A DNA stretch of 64,000 bases, taken from NCBI RefSeq assembly GCF_018977255.1, contig NW_024704746.1:496001-560000 (forward strand). Reading direction: 5' to 3'. Below the pieces are notes generated by a model, which was not told the DNA's origin, made no database searches, and saw only the letters and a list, made by a program, of their open reading frames with translations. Below are positions 1 through 13,111 of the stretch, in pieces (position 1 is the stretch's first letter; every line of letters begins with the position of its first letter). This stretch comes from Callorhinchus milii. Taxonomy: Eukaryota. Made by a program: the position numbers and the translations under genes.

Positions 1-1059
1 GTGAAAACTTAATGACTACCGACTTATTGAACCTCAGAACCAGCAGAGCTTGAAATACACTCTGAAAAACTAATTTGGAATGAAATGATGAGAAATATAT
101 TTAGCCATGATAAACATCTTTACCTGCCCAATGTATAACCCAGGGTTTGTCTATTTTAACCATTTCAGTGCATTATTTGTATTATGAGAACATTTCTTTG
201 TTTTGATAATACAATAACTTCATGCAGTTTTTTTATTTTTAATGCAAGATTGATTAATGATAAACTGCTCCTCTGAGGATGGAGTTGCCACATTCCATAA
301 ATGATCTCTGGTCCGAGTCTAAAAATAAAAGTAAGGTAACTCAACAAATTATGTTAACAGCATAGTCATTTTCACATTGCTAACAGCCCAGTTAAAACCT
401 TTGATATTAACACTTGAAACCAACTGCTAGGGAAAACCGTTGCTGTGTTTTTCAGGTCCTTATGATGTCTGTAATTTTATTTCCATCCTGGAACATTTTG
501 TATTCATGGTGTTAAATTCTTTTACTAATGTCCTGGAGTAAAGTGAGCAAATTACCCTAGGAAGCTGGTAATTTATTTTTAATGTGAGTGGAGATTAGGT
601 AAATTTCCCTGTTTAGGTACTGTTGCTACAAACGGGGTGCACCAAACTGACAAACTAAGCAGTATAGGCTCTGAAGATACCACCTAACAGATACCGATTA
701 ATGTCAGTCAGTGACTAAATATGTTTTGCTAAATCAGATGTGTTTAAACATGACTTATTTGGGACTTAACAATGATGATATTTTATTGCAGTTCTTACTT
801 TATTTCAGTTCTCCTATTGAAACAACTGGAGATTTGTAATTAAAGCCCATGTCATTTACCACTGTTACGATGAATTGAAAACCTTAGACTTTAGTCTTAT
901 AGTGTTTTTAATTAATTATGCTTTAGTCTTGCTGGATTGACCAATAAACACATACCGTTTTAACACAATTGTTTTAAATATTTAAATAAGGCGTGCAATG
1001 ACTTGCAGTATTGGGCTTGATAGATTTTTATAAATAAGGCTTCTTTTGTCCATAGCAGT

Positions 1060-1185
1060 AGAATACAATATCACATTTAACGTTAGGAGGACGTCCCAAG
1101 GAGGTTAACAATACTGGCTTGGCATCCGAGTGGGGGGGGGGTAAAGGAAAGATAACCAAAAATCCAGTCAAAGAGTTGGGTCTTA
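1060..1185 (-). mobile_element. Decayed L2 LINE 3' end fragment
   Basis: ggaggacgtcccaagg is the reverse complement of the L2 tail stem-loop seen in the younger copy near 26000. Confidence 0.55.
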
Positions 1186-2679
1186 ATAATTGTACATCAT
1201 TATGATTGAAATATATATTAGATATACTTCAGTGTACATGACCAAAGGCGTTATCACAGCCAAACCTAAACTTATTCTTACTGAACATTCCTGGCTGATT
1301 TAGAACTTTCCTCTTCCCTACACCAGTTCTGGTACAGTGCTCTTTGAGATGAACTCCCAACATAAAAACGCTGTATCCCATGCGAGGATTGTTATATAAT
1401 GAAGCCACTTAAACAACCCCACTATTACCCCATCAATAATAAGTTAATCACAGATGGAACTCAGGACCTTTTTCACTTAAATACATAGATAATACTTTTT
1501 TTTATCAACTGAGAAATTGGAGAAGAAAGCTAAATATTATTTGTGCTTACAAAGTACTGTATCATTGTAAAAAAAACATTTTACCCATGAGAAATATTAG
1601 TTCTGTGGGCAGTGAAATTACCAATCATGTCCATGAAATAAAATGAGGTAAGTTATAAGTTCCTAATGACATTCATTGAAAAATCATTTAAAATAAGGCA
1701 GGGTAATTCCATTACATGGTGACATTTCATTCCCTGTTTACTCACATCTGTAAATGTTTATTGCTTTTCATGATTTAATTCTATATGGATGCATTTTTTT
1801 CTGGCTAGCTATTTGCAAATTTAAGTCTTCTCATTTTTTTAATAAAAAAATGTAGGAGCACATTAACTTTAACATCTCAGGAACTTACTTTCCCTTAGAA
1901 ACTAGTCTCAGGATGACATTTGCAGGTGATGCATCAATTTAAAAGATTATTTATACTTCTGCGTCACAGGAAACGAGAAGATTGTGCTATTTGATTATAT
2001 TAAAACACTAGTAGGAATATAAATAATAACTATGTGAAGATTAAATAAAAAGAATGAGCTCCTTTGTGAAAATGAATGCAGAGCATATGCCAAGCCCTTG
2101 GGCACTCACTGGTACATAGGCGTTGTCAGTACACGCTCAAGTGAAGGAACTAACTAAAGATACTTTAATGGGATTCTGACTCTGAAATGAGTTTTGTGAC
2201 CAGGCAACCCTCTCCGGATGTATGGGGGATGAACATGAATTACAGCACAGAAAGCCAGCACGGCTCTCCATCATCCCACAGACCAAACTCATCGGCCAGG
2301 ATTTATGCTACTTTAACTCAATATGCGAGTCAATGGAGTGGTATTTTTGGATGTCATTTATAATTTTTAAGATTAAGTGATTTGTATTATTGGTTGGTTA
2401 ATCACCATTTGGAATTAACACAGATTTTCATTTATTTACAATACATTCTATGGTGAAAATATTCTTCTGCAGATCTCCTTTTACATTCCTAGCTGTTATG
2501 TTCAGTATTCCACAAGGGTGGCAGTAACTTTCTTTTGTCGCTGTCAGTGGTGCTGAAGCAAAATGATGTTTGATGCTACAGAATTTAATTCTGAATTGAT
2601 AGGATTTGTGGATCCTTGCTACATGATTCTCAAGAGCTAAGTCCTGGACAACACTTGTCCTCTTTGACTGTGCTTTCGA

Positions 2680-2803
2680 TCACCCTGCTTCCCCCCCCTG
2701 TCCTCCACCCTCCCCAACCCCCAGCTCAGGTCCAAAACACTGATTGTCCAGTGCCTTGGGACGTCCTCCCATCGTGTACAAATCTAATTTTGTTTTTGTT
2801 GTT
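2680..2803 (+). mobile_element. L2 LINE 3' end fragment
   Basis: C-rich UTR, then gtccagtgccttgggacgtcctccc and a (TTG)n-like tail. Confidence 0.75.
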
Positions 2804-5800
2804 TTATAAAGCAGGCATTGAAATGATTTGCAAAACAGCTTTCACTTCACCGTACACACTAACACTGATCACTTGTCTTTCTAATATGATTTGTCCTGGT
2901 TATTGATACTGAGGACATTTTGCCTGATTCTTCAACTAATGCAATTTGCATCTAGTCACTAACATTCAGCATTTCATTTTAGTGCTTTAATTAACAAATT
3001 CAATTTGTTCAAACTGCTGTGAAAACAAATTAAAGCATGGAAAATTAAAGCCCCAAGCTTTAAAGATGCTGCTAAGGTGATTACTATTGCCTTCATGACT
3101 ATTTATTTATTCAGTGAAAAACAACTAGAAATGAGTGGTTATCCAAACAATTAGAATGAATGGCTTTTTTTTNAAAACACAAATTCCAGACATTATTCAA
3201 AATGATGATGGACTCACTGGGCACAGCTGACCTCTTCCATTGCAAGTATCATATGTATCGCCTTCCAGCTTGTATGTTTAGCATATGGATAGCACCTGTT
3301 CAAGCTGGTGATAATCAAGTGCTTCAGAGCTCTTCCACTGAGTAAGAACATCTTTGTATAGTTTACATTTAAACTGAAACATGTTGGGATATTCAACTTA
3401 TCCCACGTGGATTTTATTGACTCCAGTTTGTCTCCAGCTCTCAGTTTTCCATGAAACATCTCATAGGAGAAAGCTTTTTGTTTTGAAAAAGGAAGTTCAT
3501 CTGGAGGTGCAATTCTTCGTACCTTGTGAAACTGCCAACGTTTAATTGATCTTCTGTGTGCTTATCTTCCAATGAGATGCACCATTATAAGGCATTAATC
3601 AGTGTCTCTAGACATTATCTGTAAAGTAACTAAGAGCCAATCAAGCACAGAATGGATTTGGCATCTGCGTGCTTGTCACAAATGCCTTGCTGTGTTAAAA
3701 TCTGTCAAAAGTTTCTGCTCTAATGGTACACTTTTTCCCAAGTGCAGCTATCGAGTGAGTAGCCTTTGTATAAGCAGTGGGGCTTGGGGAGATAATTTTA
3801 ATCTCTAGCCGCCTGTTTCTTTGCTATATCTGAACACTGAATGTTTCAGTCTTTGAATGGCCATCTTGCTAGAGAACAACATTTTATGCTTTAACAATGT
3901 AGAAAAGATGGATTTCAAAGACTTAGTGAATTGTTGCAGTATTTTGTGAAACATTCTGACAGCCTGAGGAAATAATGTTTGTGATCAAATGGGTAGGTGA
4001 GAGAAACAGTAACAATAACAGTCTGCAATGTAGTCTACTAAAATGGGTATTAAACAAATTGTTAACATTTGATTCCTGCATTGCAAAATTAACAAAGTAC
4101 AGTGAAGGTTAAAGGTTTGATCAACTAACTAGATATGATTAATAGGTCTTTAAGACTAGTTTAAATATTATATTGACTATGATATATGTATATCTCTGGC
4201 GCACACATTAATTCAGGGGCATTGGGTAGGGGGAGGGGACTTCTTGCAGTACACAACTTGTTTCCTAAGTAGTAGCGTAGCTGGCATAAAGAGGATTATG
4301 GATGTGTAAATATCCCTCTTTAAGTCAATCCTGTTGTAAAGTATTTGTTGCTAAAGTACGTTGGTGAAAGTGGCAGCAGCTGGCAGGGGTGGTTACTACG
4401 CCAGAAACCTTGTGTTGCTCCGTCTCCCATTATTTGTTACCACCCTCAACCTTCCTTTATGCATTTGCCTTGAACAATTCTTTCTGTAATTTTCCTCTAA
4501 ATTGAAAAATACTGCCCTTCATTGAGATGCACCACATGGCTAATATATCAGTTAAATGACCAGCAAGCACCACCTGGTCCTTCAGGCAAATATCCCTCTG
4601 CTAGATGGAATGTGTAATCAATAGAATTAGAGGTTTAGCTAGGCTTGACAGAAAACAATGAAGTACAAAAACACCTATTCGCTCTCCTTTTTATGCACAT
4701 AATATTTTAATGGCTCTGTACTGTGTCTGTTGTTGGGGAAATACTATCATTCAAACGTGGCAAAGAACATCAGGGTGAATTGTTCAAATGAAGGGGGGAA
4801 TCCATCTAACCTGCATCTTCCAATTCATGGCAGATCTCAAGCCACTCTATTTGTGGGATAATAATTGCATCCTTGTAGGCAGACTTTGGAGGTAGGTTGC
4901 CAGGGCCAAGTGTTTCTGTAACCAATAAAGGCAATAAAGGCAGTGATCAGCAGTCAAACAGGGCAGGCTGAATGAGACAATCTGGCAGAGACTTGGTGGG
5001 ATGTGGGGGGTATGAGTGGTGTAAACAGATGGGGAGCAGGAACAGATGATATAATTGACAGGAAAGGGTAATCAGAGGAAAGAAAAGAACCACAGTAACC
5101 AAGTGAGAGGAATGTCTTTTCCACCTAATAAAAAGTGCAAAGAACATTAAGGCATAATTAAAGGAATGCATTCAAGCATTTTGCCTGTATAGATGAGCGT
5201 TTCTTACTGTGTTACAGTATCTTACATCAGTAAATATGCAAGTGAGAATTTATCTCAGCACAATACTCACTGGAAAATTGTTGGTTGTATTCAGCAAATC
5301 TAAAATGTTTCAGCGCCTCATTTATATGGTATATTGTATTCCCTATCACACATGCACAGTGTCACTCCTATGGTTTTGTGTACTCATTATATTTAGCTAA
5401 CATTGTATAAATGATTAGATTGCGACATTCTTTATGCAGGCAGTGAATTATAAGCAGATATGTGATAGAACTAAAAATAATAATATTGGAGAGAAACACC
5501 GAATACAATAAATAGTTAAAAGGGAAAATGAAGTAAAGAAAAACATTGAGATAATTAATGTCGTACAAGTTCTATAATTGTAACTTATACATTCCACAGA
5601 GAAGTGTTACATTTATAATAATTAATCATATCTTCATCAGGAACAATACATAATTTGTTTTTGCATTATACTGTACAATTAATTTTACACAAAGCAAAAG
5701 TGCATTCCATTTTTATTTTCAAAATCAAATTAATTTGTAAAAAGCAAAGATAAATTATACATGAATTGAAAAAGGTACAGTAGTTTATTTTCAATGGCTA

Positions 5801-7155
5801 AAGTAAGCCTGTCAGATTGATTCTGAATTTAAAGCAGGTTTCTTCTGTGTAATCATCACTCAGCCAATGTCACTGCTCATTATAGAAAAGATTTTCATTC
5901 CAGCGTTTGATTGAGGATGTTTTCCTCATTTGCATTTTTTCTTTCCACACAGTAAGCATCTTGTGCAGAGAATTATTTGATTTTTTTCTGCTTGTCCACA
6001 AAAAAAAGCATATGCAAGGGGGGAACAGTAATTTAGAAGGAAACTACATCAAGACTGAAAGCAGTTATTGAGTAGCTGGTCTTAATGCAAACTGGGCTCT
6101 CTGATGGACTGCCTTTGACAGAATGATTGAAGGCGGCCCTGTGGCCTACTTAGCTGCCCTTCTAATTGGCCTTTATGAATATTTAATGAAATCAAGATGA
6201 AATTCAATCAGGGCTTTCAACTGCTGAATCTTTAAAAAAAGGAAGGTATTATTAGATTTGCCTGTCTTGTATACAATAATGCTACGGCACAATTTCTGCA
6301 TGTCAGTCAGGTGTCTAGGTCAGGCTTCCTGCCCAGGGACACAGTTTCCTCTAAAGGAATTAACCTTCTTCCGGAACAGAGCTGTGCATCTTCTGTCCAC
6401 TGCTTCACGAACATTTTATTAAATGAATGCTGTAATTTCCTGATGAGTAACCAGCAAACAGTCGGAATCCATTTGGAAACAAAAAGTCTTTTTGGGTCCA
6501 TTTCAGACTTGAGACAAGCTTTGTTACTTTGCTGAAACCTATCAGAAGAACCTCAACCACAAGGTCACTTAGCAGGAGATGAAGAATGCATCTTCTAAGT
6601 GATTCTGGTATAAATTTTGAAGTAGTTTGCAATGCTCCTTCAAAAAAAGGAGAGACATTTAGAAAGTAAAGGCTTGGGCAATTATTTTGTTGCCAGAGTC
6701 TAAATATATTCCCGGATCTTATTTTAAATTTCACAGTATATCGATAAAATGCAATTGATGCTCTGTGTGTTATTACAAATGTTGAATTTGAAAAAAATAT
6801 TTTGTGTGTTGGACCATAACAAACATGATGCTTTTCAGGAAGCAGAATTTATCATGAGCATTTCAATAACAAATAAAGTCCAGGTACATTGCTAATCATT
6901 TGTAACTCCGCTTAATTTATCTTGGTCACAAATTAACATTAGTTAACTTGCTGACGTGTGTTCTGTCTGGAGTTCATTTTTGCAGCCAGCTGTCTTGAAT
7001 TTTAATCACCACAAGGTTTTGCTCATTTTTACTAATGTTTTTCAAGTAAGATAACGTGTTTATAGTCCTGCAATTTCTGTCAATTTTTCACAAAAATTAT
7101 GCATATTTTGGCTGACTGCAACCAGATTTGATTTTATTCAATTATAAAAGCTTTA

Positions 7156-7170
7156 CCAGCAGAGGGTGCA
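7156..7170 (+). promoter_or_regulatory. Candidate CTCF core motif
   Basis: CCAGCAGAGGGTGCA versus consensus CCASYAGRKGGCRS, with one C>T at a CpG-type position; motif match only. Confidence 0.35.
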
Positions 7171-7249
7171 ATAACTGCCCTCTACATATGCCCTCTACAT
7201 AGGTACTGTGTATGTTCAGAAATGAAGGGTAAAATCTGTGTATATAATT

Positions 7250-7300
7250 TACCCAGACACCATCCGGCATGAAGGGCGGTATATAAATGCAAGTTGTTGT
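7250..7300 (+). mobile_element. L2 tail fragment
   Basis: catgaagggcggtatataaatgcaagttgttgt matches the other L2 tails in this window. Confidence 0.6.
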
Positions 7301-7787
7301 ACTTTATACTAAGTTTTGTGTTTTGCACAAGGGAGAGAACATTTCAAAATATCTGCCTCTGTCTAAATATGCACTTGCAATATTATTAATATTATGGCAG
7401 GTTGTTTCATGATCAACATGTTCTTGCTATTTAAGGGAATCTTCAACCTTGTGACATTATATATTTAATGTCAATTTTAGTGAATGGAAATTGTGTCTCT
7501 CAGGAGGATAAATAAGAACTAAAAATCAATAGATATAAGGTTGTGTCCTACTACTTAATGTTTCACATTACAGTATAGAAATTATTTAAATGACCAGCCT
7601 GGAAAAATACCAATGATCATCTTTTCCTTTGTACTTAAATGTTTAGTGTACAATTAAAATGGTGTTGCAGAGATCATAGAGATCAAATTGCTTGTGGAAT
7701 CTGGTGTGTGGTTGTGACCAATCAAGTGAGACAAGGAAGAGACAGTCTCCTGCAATAAAATCATTAGGTTCGGCATCACTATGGTCA

Positions 7788-8176
7788 TAATAATAATAAT
7801 AATAATCCTTAGTATAGCACCTTATCATGTCGTGGAGACGACTCAAAAGCGCGTAACAGAACATACTGTAAAGTGAATTGATTGTATATTTTGTGATCGA
7901 AACACAGCAGCCAATTGCGCACAGTAGTGTCCCACAAACAGTCATGGATTGAGTGACCAAATTATAATTTTATTTTGCAAATTATTTTGAAGAGGTTATT
8001 ACTCCTGGAAAAGCGATCCGCCAATTGACTAACGACCAGGATCCTACTTATTGCTTGGTAAACAGAGGCATGTGGAGTAAGAAAACTTGCCTAACATTTC
8101 GCCCTGCCCAGGAATCGAACCCAGGTCCTCTCGCTTCCCAGGCGAGTGCTGTAACCACTGAATTACAGGACTCCAC
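7788..8176 (-). mobile_element. tRNA-derived SINE, long subfamily, full length
   Basis: On the minus strand: GTGGAGTCCTGTA head with box A/B (GGTTCGATTCC), shared central body and (TTA)n tail. Confidence 0.92.
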
Positions 8177-8397
8177 TGTTCCCTGCGTCCTTTCCCTAGC
8201 CTCAGTATGTTTGATGAAGACTAATCTTGCCTGTCGAGTTTCATTTGTCTGGGCTTCATTTACATGTTTACCAAACACAGCCAGGGCTTTTCCTCCTCCT
8301 CACGATTGTAACATATTCTAATCTGCAACAAGATCAATATATTTGTTGTATCATCAGGTTATATGTGAATTTAATGTAAAATTTAATGTACCTTATA
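8177..8397. repeat. 221-bp non-SINE segment duplicated in inverted orientation at 56661-56881
   Basis: About 4 mismatches by eye; ORFs 8025..8321(+) and 56737..56967(-) give the same spurious peptide. Confidence 0.92.
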
Positions 8398-8535
8398 TGT
8401 TATTGCTGTGCACAATTGGCTGCCAGGTTTCGCCGACACCATACACAGTCAATCCACTTTACAATATATTCTGTAAAATGCTTTAAGACAACGTGATAAG
8501 ACGCTATATCAAACGCAAGGATTATTATTATTATT
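8398..8535 (+). mobile_element. SINE 3' half
   Basis: gctgtgcacaattggctgcc ... atatcaaacgcaaggattattatt. Confidence 0.85.
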
Positions 8536-8731
8536 CATACTGATTGGGAGGGTGTTACACGTTCATGGAAACCTGGAAAAAAATAGGGCCTAAATAACTT
8601 CTGTGCAACTTGAGAAATAAGGAGTAAAAATAACAGTTCATTTTGGATTCAGAATTAATAGTAGTTAAGATTGTTACAAACAGCAATTGCAGCCAGTCAT
8701 GACTTTCTGGAACAATAGGTTTCACATTTGT

Positions 8732-9411
8732 ATTTTTTTATTCACCCCTGCTTTGTATACAGTATTATTGTCTTCTGCCTTGTCTCATCCCATCACATGC
8801 ACCATTTCCAGTACATTCAAGGATCCATAGGGTTTGTGGGAGCTAATTATCACAGAGCTATTTTAACAGTTGTGCTTAATCAACAAGAGATGGCTTTCAA
8901 TTTGTAATGTCAAACATGGATTATTGCACTGGGTCACATCCTCAGCAATAAAAATCTGAAACCAGCAATATAAATGTAGTGTTACAGTTCAGTAACTTAT
9001 CCTTTCCAAAGAGAAGTACATCAATATTTAAGAACCCCTTGAATAGCTCTCACATTGACTAGTGGGGTACTACATTACCTGAACAAAACACTGGAGACTT
9101 GAATCCCTTAATCTGTACTAAGTTAGTTGATATCACCCAGGACAGCATTTGGTGTGTTTACAATTGGCTTCAGTGAATCTGGGATAGAAAGGCTAACATC
9201 AGCCAGTTGATGAGCCCATTTTGTAAGAGCCAAGTCAAGCTATTGGGTGAGTTTGTTATTGGAGCTCGGCTCTGATCCCTAAATAGTTGGTCTGGAATGC
9301 ATTGACCGAAAGAGTTAAGGTTAGGTAGAAACAAAGTCAATAACAATGTATGATTCTATGAACAACTTTCAAAACGGAATTTTTTTATTCACCCCTGCTT
9401 TGTATACAGTA
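8732..9411 (+). repeat. Perfect 33-bp direct repeat (8732-8764 and 9379-9411)
   Basis: atttttttattcacccctgctttgtatacagta occurs twice, 647 bp apart. Confidence 0.9.
9110..9290 (+). repeat. Old dispersed SINE-like repeat (related copies at about 24665-24850 and 42325-42395)
   Basis: Shared motifs agttag(c/t)tgat.tca and atca(g/a)ccag(g)..ttcct...ccagt.a.tcctgct across three loci; family not named. Confidence 0.5.
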
Positions 9412-9419
9412 AGTAACCC

Positions 9420-9557
9420 GATAGGTACTTGAAAAGGAACACTACGCAAGGATATGAGGAAAGTGCGGGTTAGTGGGACTGATTGGGTAGTTCTTCCAAA
9501 GAGCCGGCAAAGGCCAAATGGCCTCCTTCTGTGCTGTAATATTCTATGATTGTATGA
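9420..9557 (+). mobile_element. CR1 LINE 3' end
   Basis: ggccaaatggcctccttctgtgctgtaatattctatgattgtatg, a CR1 tail with the ATTCTATG repeat. Confidence 0.85.
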
Positions 9558-9751
9558 AAATCTTTGGAAAAATGTGAGACCACCTGAAAGTAAAGTAAAC
9601 ATTTGAGAATGGTGGGCCATATGATAGAAGTATCTATCATGTGCTTGCTATCAACCTATAATACCATCTTGTTATATTAATAGAGATTAATCGATTTATA
9701 AGCCAAGAAAAAATGAACATTTTATCAAGACCACTGGTAAACTTCATTCAG

Positions 9752-10862
9752 TAACAACCACATCTATATACCGCCCTTCACGCCAGCCGGAGTCTCAGAG
9801 CACTTAACAGTAGGAGATCCCGATGTCGAGCCAGAGGAAGGGGGAATGAGACCTAAGCACATTCGAAGAGGTCTTCAGTGCAACCTGAAAGTAGGGAGAG
9901 AGGGGGCAAGGTGAGGGGATTGAGGGAGAGAGTTCCACAGTTCGGGGTTTAGTGACTGAAAGTGGGGTGGAGGGTCCAGGGGACAAGGAGGAGGCCGGAG
10001 CCAGTCGAGCGGAGGCAGCGGGTAGTGGTATAAGGAGAGAGCAGGTTGGAGAGATAGGGAGATGCCAAGGTGTGAAGGGATTTAAATACAAGAGTGAGGA
10101 TCTTGAAATCGATCCGCTCTGTGACAGGGAATCAATGGAGATATGGACTGGGGTAATGGAGGTACAGAGTTTAGCGCAGGTGAGAATGCGGGACGCAGAG
10201 TTTTGAATTAGTTGAATTTTATGAATAGTGGAGCTGGGGAGACCAGTGAGGAGGGCGTTTGAGTAGTCGAAGAGGGAGGTGAAGAGGGTTTTAGCAGCTT
10301 TTCGAGTGAGGTACAGATGAAAGCGAGCAATGTGGTGGTGGTGCAGGTCCTGGTCAGGGCCCGGATATGGGGTACGAAAGTTAGCTGAGGGTCGAAACTG
10401 GCACCTAAGTTGCGCTAAGGTTCGGTGAGTCTTAGGGAGAGATCGGGGAGGGCGAGGAGGTCTGTACCACAGGAGAGAAGATGTTGACAGGAGACAAAAA
10501 GTATGGTCTCCGTCTTGTCAACGTTCAGCTGCAGGAAGTTTGCACTCGTGCAGGCCTTGATGCCCGTCAGTTAAACTGGGAGTTGCAGCCGGAGGAGTAG
10601 ATTTGTGTGTTATCTGCAAACATGTGGAAATGTACCCCACGTCTGTGGATGACATCTTCAAGAGGGAGCATATAGATGAGGAGGAGGAGGGGCCCAAGGA
10701 TGGAGCCCTGGGGTACCCCGCAGGTTACCGGGCAGGAGCAAGAGGAAAAAAATTGGCCGAGATGTATTGTTGGCGGTTGGTTAAGTAGGACTTGAACCAT
10801 GCGAGTACGGTCCCACTAAGGTGGATGAGGGAGGAGAAGTGGTGAAGAAGGATGGCGTGGAC
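9752..10862 (-). mobile_element. L2 LINE, 5'-truncated (RT C-terminus plus 3' UTR), degraded
   Basis: Minus ORF 10567-10800 has GVPQGSILGPLL..IYMLPL...FHMFADNTQIY (RT motif, YADD-like); L2 tail at 9752-9805. Confidence 0.92.
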
Positions 10863-11777
10863 ACTGAGAGCATTTTGAGATTTTCAAACTTCAATGGAAT
10901 TGACTAACCTTATTATGGAGTAGTTGAGCTACTTTCCCAGATTTTTCTATTGTTTTGTTTCAGAAAAACCTGAAATGTCAAGCTATGAAAGTCTACGGAA
11001 CCGTGTTATAGATACTGGAGCTCGATAACGAACCCAGATTCTGGAACCTAGAGCAACAAAGCCAAAAAAATACACAATTCTGTTTTGCAGAAAAATATAT
11101 GAAATGGGCTTGAGAAATGATGTGCGACTCACATATCAAAAGGAAACCACTAAGGTGTCTTGTACTATTTTATTTACCTTGAAGTGAAAAAAAATGATGA
11201 CTTTGAATTCAGATACAAAACTGCCAAAGTAATATTGCAGTGAGAAATATGTTGCCTGCAAAGCTATGTATTTGCCTGAAGTCGCCAGGACTACTATAGA
11301 GAGTATAAAGCTGCAGTGACCCATAGCTGGATAATGTTATGACAGAAGGCCCCCAGTTAAGAAGCCAGTGTTCAAACAAATCCCATCTGAAAGGGAATTG
11401 TTTTTTTTAAAATTCACTGTGAATCAAGGTATAAATTTGGGCAGTTTCTGTACTTATAATGCTGACCTCTGCTGTTCATCTCCGGTTTATGCCAGTTGTA
11501 GAGGCAGCAATCGAAGGGAAAGATTAGATATCGACAGTGTAAGTACACAAACCATGCTCCTGATTATCAATATCACCGTGGGAAACAAAATGAAAATATC
11601 TTGAAAATAGATGCTTTTTAAACTTTCTTTCTGGCATCTTTTGTGACATCTTCAAACAACAAACCAAATGTAACTCCAGGACACTGCTGCTTTAATGAGG
11701 GAGTTATTTGGTTAATTAAAATGGCCAAAAGGTTTGGGTTAAAAATGTTACTCGTAGCCGTTCTACTTGAGATAAAA

Positions 11778-12062
11778 TAATGATTCTTGCACTTCATACA
11801 GCGCCATACCATGTCGTCAAAATGTCTCAAAGAGTTTCACAGAATTTACTATAAAGTCCTTATTTTTAGGTGAACATGACAGTCAATGTGCACACGGCAA
11901 TGACAACAAACAACTGTGAAACAAATGACCAATTTGATCTGGAGGAATAGTCAGGATAGAGGGAGAAATTCCTTTCTGTTTTCCAAATGGCATCATGGGA
12001 TCTTTTAACATCCTCCTGAACAGGCAGACGGTTTAATGTGTCATCTATCCGAAGGACGACAA
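11778..12062 (-). mobile_element. Old Deu-domain SINE (AmnSINE1/SacSINE1-like) fragment
   Basis: catgggatcttttaacatcctcctgaacaggcagacggtttaatgtgtcatc..ccgaaggacg matches the recalled antisense Deu core; a SINE tail lies at 11778-11850. Confidence 0.75.
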
Positions 12063-12774
12063 AATCATTTACTTGACCTAATCTTTCCCTAAATATTGCT
12101 GGGATCTCTATTCTGGAATCAATTCTAAGCATCTGTGCTAGCTCATTTAGGTGGCCGAGCCTTAGAGTAACCCTTTATGTTTAATTTAAAAATGATTTGT
12201 AAGTTGATGAAAAATAGATCCTCCTTGCTTTAAAACGCTTGCCAATTATAAGCAGTACAATAATTCTGTCAGTCACAACCGTCTAAGTTAGTCCACATTT
12301 GTGGAATGTATCTCTATCAAACGTTATTACTAAATGAAAGTGCTATAATTGCTGCAAATAAAACTATATGTGGTAACCAATCAATACCGGAACTCTTGCC
12401 TACGGACTGTTGCGAATGTTTGTAACATCTCAGTGTCAAGGAGTGCAACTTCTTCTATACACCAGGCTTTGTGAGTGCCATGTTGTGCACCAGCTAGTGA
12501 GGAAAGCTGAAGAGCAGCAAATATATTAACCTTATTGCATTTGAGGTTGCCAATATTACAGTGAGGTTAACAAAATAGCTATGGATGCTAAATGTGTAAA
12601 TGAAACCACATAGTCCGCAACACCTTCTGTTAATAGTGTTGACTTTATCACCTGAAAGTCGTTACCTTGGCCAGAGGGCTGGTGGAGATGGAATGAGGGA
12701 TTTGAATTTTCTGATACTCTTTTTTTCTACGAGTATTTTTAACTCGATGACAGTACATGTCTATTTGGGGATGC

Positions 12775-13111
12775 GTGGAGTCCTGTAGCTCAGTGGTTAG
12801 AGCACTCGCTTTGCAAGTGAGAGACCTAAGTTCAATTCCAGGCAGGTCAGGGCGAAACCTTGGGCAAGTTTCCTTACTCCACACAGAGCCTAATAATAAT
12901 CCCTCCAAAACCAAACACAATAATAAATTGGTCATTTTCAATCTACGACTGTTTGTGGGACATTGCTGTGCGCAATTGGCTGCCGCGTTCGCCCACAAAT
13001 ATACAGTCAATTCACTTTACAGTGTGTTCTGTGAAGCGCTTTGGGACGTCCTCCCGACGTGCAAAGCGCTATATCAAATGCAGGGATTATTATTATTATT
13101 ATTATTATTAT
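12775..13111 (+). mobile_element. tRNA-derived SINE, short (young) subfamily
   Basis: Head GTGGAGTCCTGTAGCTCAGTGGTTAGAGC, central deletion (ccacacagagcctaataataatccc), tail gggacgtcctcccgacgtg, long (TTA)n. Confidence 0.95.

Noticed and set aside
2509-2526. CTCF-like CCACAAGGGTGGCAG
   Set aside because: An extra base breaks the spacing of the core motif.
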